Origin: an uncultured bacterium
Lineage (GTDB): Bacteria > Hydrothermota > Hydrothermia > B15-G9 > WFZT01
NCBI GenBank assembly: GCA_964571845.1
Contig: CAZNDM010000074.1
Coordinates: 4,431 to 68,430, forward strand
DNA length: 64,000 bases
Direction: 5' to 3'
How positions within the stretch are numbered: the stretch's first letter is position 1; each line of letters opens with the position of its first letter. Below are positions 61,940 through 64,000 of the stretch, in pieces. The notes under the pieces were generated by a model that worked only from the letters and a program-made list of their open reading frames with translations, searched no databases and was not told the origin of the DNA. The position numbers and the translations under genes are program-made.

Positions 61940-62779
61940 TCAGTACCCCCTTTCTTCAATTTTCTTTGCATATTCGAGAATTTTTATGGCACGGCGGTAG
62001 TGAATTCGTTCGATCATTTCTCTTCCAAGTGTTGTTACTCCTTTGCCCTCGGAGATCGCTTTTTCAAAGACCTCTTTTACCTTTTTTGCCCAATCGATCT
62101 CCTCGTCTCGAGGACTGAATATCCTGTTTATGATCTCAAGCTGAGATGGATGGATTGCGGTTTTACCATCAAATCCCATTCTCCGGGCAAACTTTGCCTG
62201 CACCTCCAGTGCTTCAGAATCTGACAGATCAAAAGCGGGGGTATCCAGCACAAAAAGTTTAAAGGCTTTTGCAACAGTAACCACATCTGACATAAAGTGG
62301 ATCATCTCTTCTCTAAATCTCGTTAACTCCATGTCGAGTTCGCCAGTAAGGTCAGCTGCACCGAAGATGAACCCTATGAGCTTTCTGCACTGTGCAATTC
62401 TTCTCAGGTTTAAAATCGCCTGTGGTGTTTCTATCATTGCAACAAGCGGAATTTCATCGGTTACTTCAGCTACGATCTCGAGATCTCTAAAATCTCTAAC
62501 CTTAGGAACAACAATACCGTCAGGTTTCAACTCCTTTACGACCTGTGCATCTTCCCGTCCCCATGGGGTATCCAGTGAATTTATTCTCACAAAAACAGTC
62601 CTGTGACCATAGTTGAGCTCTGGAAAAAGATTTTTCAGTAAATCCCTTGCATTTTCCTTCTCCTGTGGTGCGACTGCGTCTTCAAGGTCAAGTATGACAC
62701 CATCTGCTGGAAAACTCTGGGCTTTTCTTACCATCTTCTCACTTCTTGCTGGTACAAATATGAAAGATCTCAAAATCAT
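61940..62779 (-). CDS. CitE/HpcH-family CoA-ester lyase
   Basis: RSFIFVP, DLEDAV, VRIN, AMIET, FGAADL and GFDGKTAIHPSQ motifs. Confidence 0.9.
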   Translation of the reverse strand: MILRSFIFVPARSEKMVRKAQSFPADGVILDLEDAVAPQEKENARDLLKNLFPELNYGHRTVFVRINSLDTPWGREDAQVVKELKPDGIVVPKVRDFRDLEIVAEVTDEIPLVAMIETPQAILNLRRIAQCRKLIGFIFGAADLTGELDMELTRFREEMIHFMSDVVTVAKAFKLFVLDTPAFDLSDSEALEVQAKFARRMGFDGKTAIHPSQLEIINRIFSPRDEEIDWAKKVKEVFEKAISEGKGVTTLGREMIERIHYRRAIKILEYAKKIEERGY

Positions 62780-62795
62780 GGGCTCTGACCTCCTT

Positions 62796-63428
62796 TTAAA
62801 TTAGCAAAATGAGAACAAAAAATAGAAAAACGGCGGAAAGGGATACAACAGTATCCCTGAATTTCCATTTCAAAGGCTCGTAGAATGTGCGATTTTTACA
62901 GGTAAATCCACGGGACTCAAGTGCTTCTGCGAGCTCATCGGCGAGCACAAAAATGCCGACAATCAATGGGATCAAAATTGCATGAAAATTTCTGAGCTTT
63001 ATCTCTATGCCTCTACCCTGCTGGGCTTCTTTGATTTCATGAAATTTTACCCGCACAAGTTCCACATAACGAATGGCTGATGTGAAGATAAATACAAAAT
63101 TGTATGGAAATTTTAATCCGAGCAATGCCTTGGCTATCTCGTCTGCATCTGTAAAATGAAAAAATATGTACGATCCAATGATTAGTTCAGAAAATCTCAG
63201 AGACAGCAGAATAGCTTCTTCTAAAGAGATGAACACATAGCCTATTATGAAGATAGTGATCATCATGGGGATAAATCCCTTTGAGAAGCTAAAAAACCGT
63301 TTTCTGTCCGTAAAAAATCCAGAGAAAACGAGAATAGAGAAAACGATCAGGTGCAGGGGTAGAATTTCTTTCAAAATCACGAACACATCGAACAGTATGA
63401 GTATCAGTAATTTAACTCTTGGGTCCAT
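62796..63428 (-). CDS. ecfT: ECF transporter transmembrane component T
   Basis: DPRVK N-terminus; AQQGRG and ALESRGF (the two XRG motifs). Confidence 0.9.
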   Translation of the reverse strand: MDPRVKLLILILFDVFVILKEILPLHLIVFSILVFSGFFTDRKRFFSFSKGFIPMMITIFIIGYVFISLEEAILLSLRFSELIIGSYIFFHFTDADEIAKALLGLKFPYNFVFIFTSAIRYVELVRVKFHEIKEAQQGRGIEIKLRNFHAILIPLIVGIFVLADELAEALESRGFTCKNRTFYEPLKWKFRDTVVSLSAVFLFFVLILLI

Positions 63429-64000
63429 TGGCGAGCGCCCTAAGTTCGATACCCGGGTTTATGTGCAGTTTTTCCATAAGATTGATTTCTGCAGTTGTCA
63501 AACTCTGTGGATTGATTTCACCTGCAATTCTTCCATTTTCCATCAGAACCCATCTGCATGAGACCTCTTTTGCAAATTCTATGTCGTGTGTGGAGACGAC
63601 AACGGAAATCCCAATTTTACTGAGATTTCTGATAATTTCGATAATGGCACCCACGGTCTGTCCATCCTGCCCCGTTGTGGGTTCATCAAGGAAAATTATG
63701 CCGGGTTTGGCAGCAAGAACAGCAGCCATAGCAACCCTCTTTTTCTCACCCTCGGAGAGCAGGAAGGGAGATCTTTCAAGTATGTGGCCAAGGGATAGAG
63801 ACTCGATGATCCAGTTAAGCCATTTTTCCTCTTTTGCCGATACCTTCAGTTCATCAATTACCCTGGTCTTGAAAAAGATATCCTGGGGATTGTGTGGTAC
63901 GTAACCTGCTCTGCACGATCGCCATAAACTGCCTTTGTGGGGCTTTCTGATACCTGAAAGGAGTTTCATGAGCGTTGTCTTGCCTGCGCCGTTCGGACCG
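63412..64000 (-). CDS. ecfA: ECF transporter ATPase (5'-truncated by window edge)
   Basis: GPNGAGKTT at the edge, QDIFF Q-loop region, LSEGEKKR, LDEPTTGQD and STHD motifs. Confidence 0.9.
   Translation of the reverse strand, partial: GPNGAGKTTLMKLLSGIRKPHKGSLWRSCRAGYVPHNPQDIFFKTRVIDELKVSAKEEKWLNWIIESLSLGHILERSPFLLSEGEKKRVAMAAVLAAKPGIIFLDEPTTGQDGQTVGAIIEIIRNLSKIGISVVVSTHDIEFAKEVSCRWVLMENGRIAGEINPQSLTTAEINLMEKLHINPGIELRALANGPKS

Overview
This is a gene-dense, AT-rich chromosomal window from a diderm bacterium. T9SS-type C-terminal sorting tails, Omp85/TamB, a clostripain lipoprotein and NfnAB suggest an anaerobic FCB-superphylum relative such as candidate division WOR-3; that placement is inference only. 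The window holds about 50 CDS and one tRNA-Gly(CCC). Housekeeping and envelope genes include slt, uppP, two M23 peptidases, a metallo-Omp85, yajC, def-fmt, rpmF-plsX, priA, tamB and yggS-yggT-divIVA-PNP. Energy genes include ArsR-nfnAB, ccmF, cydABDC, ald-thiolase-etfBA and a phosphofructokinase. I found no intact mobile element, prophage, rRNA or CRISPR array. Seven observations stand out. (1) A divergent module of a TPR-wHTH-BTAD (SARP-type) activator, three TAACA repeats spaced 11 bp apart, an unannotated 57-aa ORF and a clostripain lipoprotein. (2) A pfk-MBL-ARPP-1-rel operon in which Rel carries a tandem duplication of its alpha-helical domain. (3) A PPi-clade PFK with the ATP-type GGDG determinant. 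(4) An Nnr protein with eroded catalytic motifs. (5) A dispersed palindromic repeat family confined to the four large intergenic regions. (6) Six perfect 15-19 bp GC-rich hairpins after stop codons, without canonical U-tracts. (7) Recurrent promoters that appear leaderless. All calls rest on motif recognition by eye; no searches were run.
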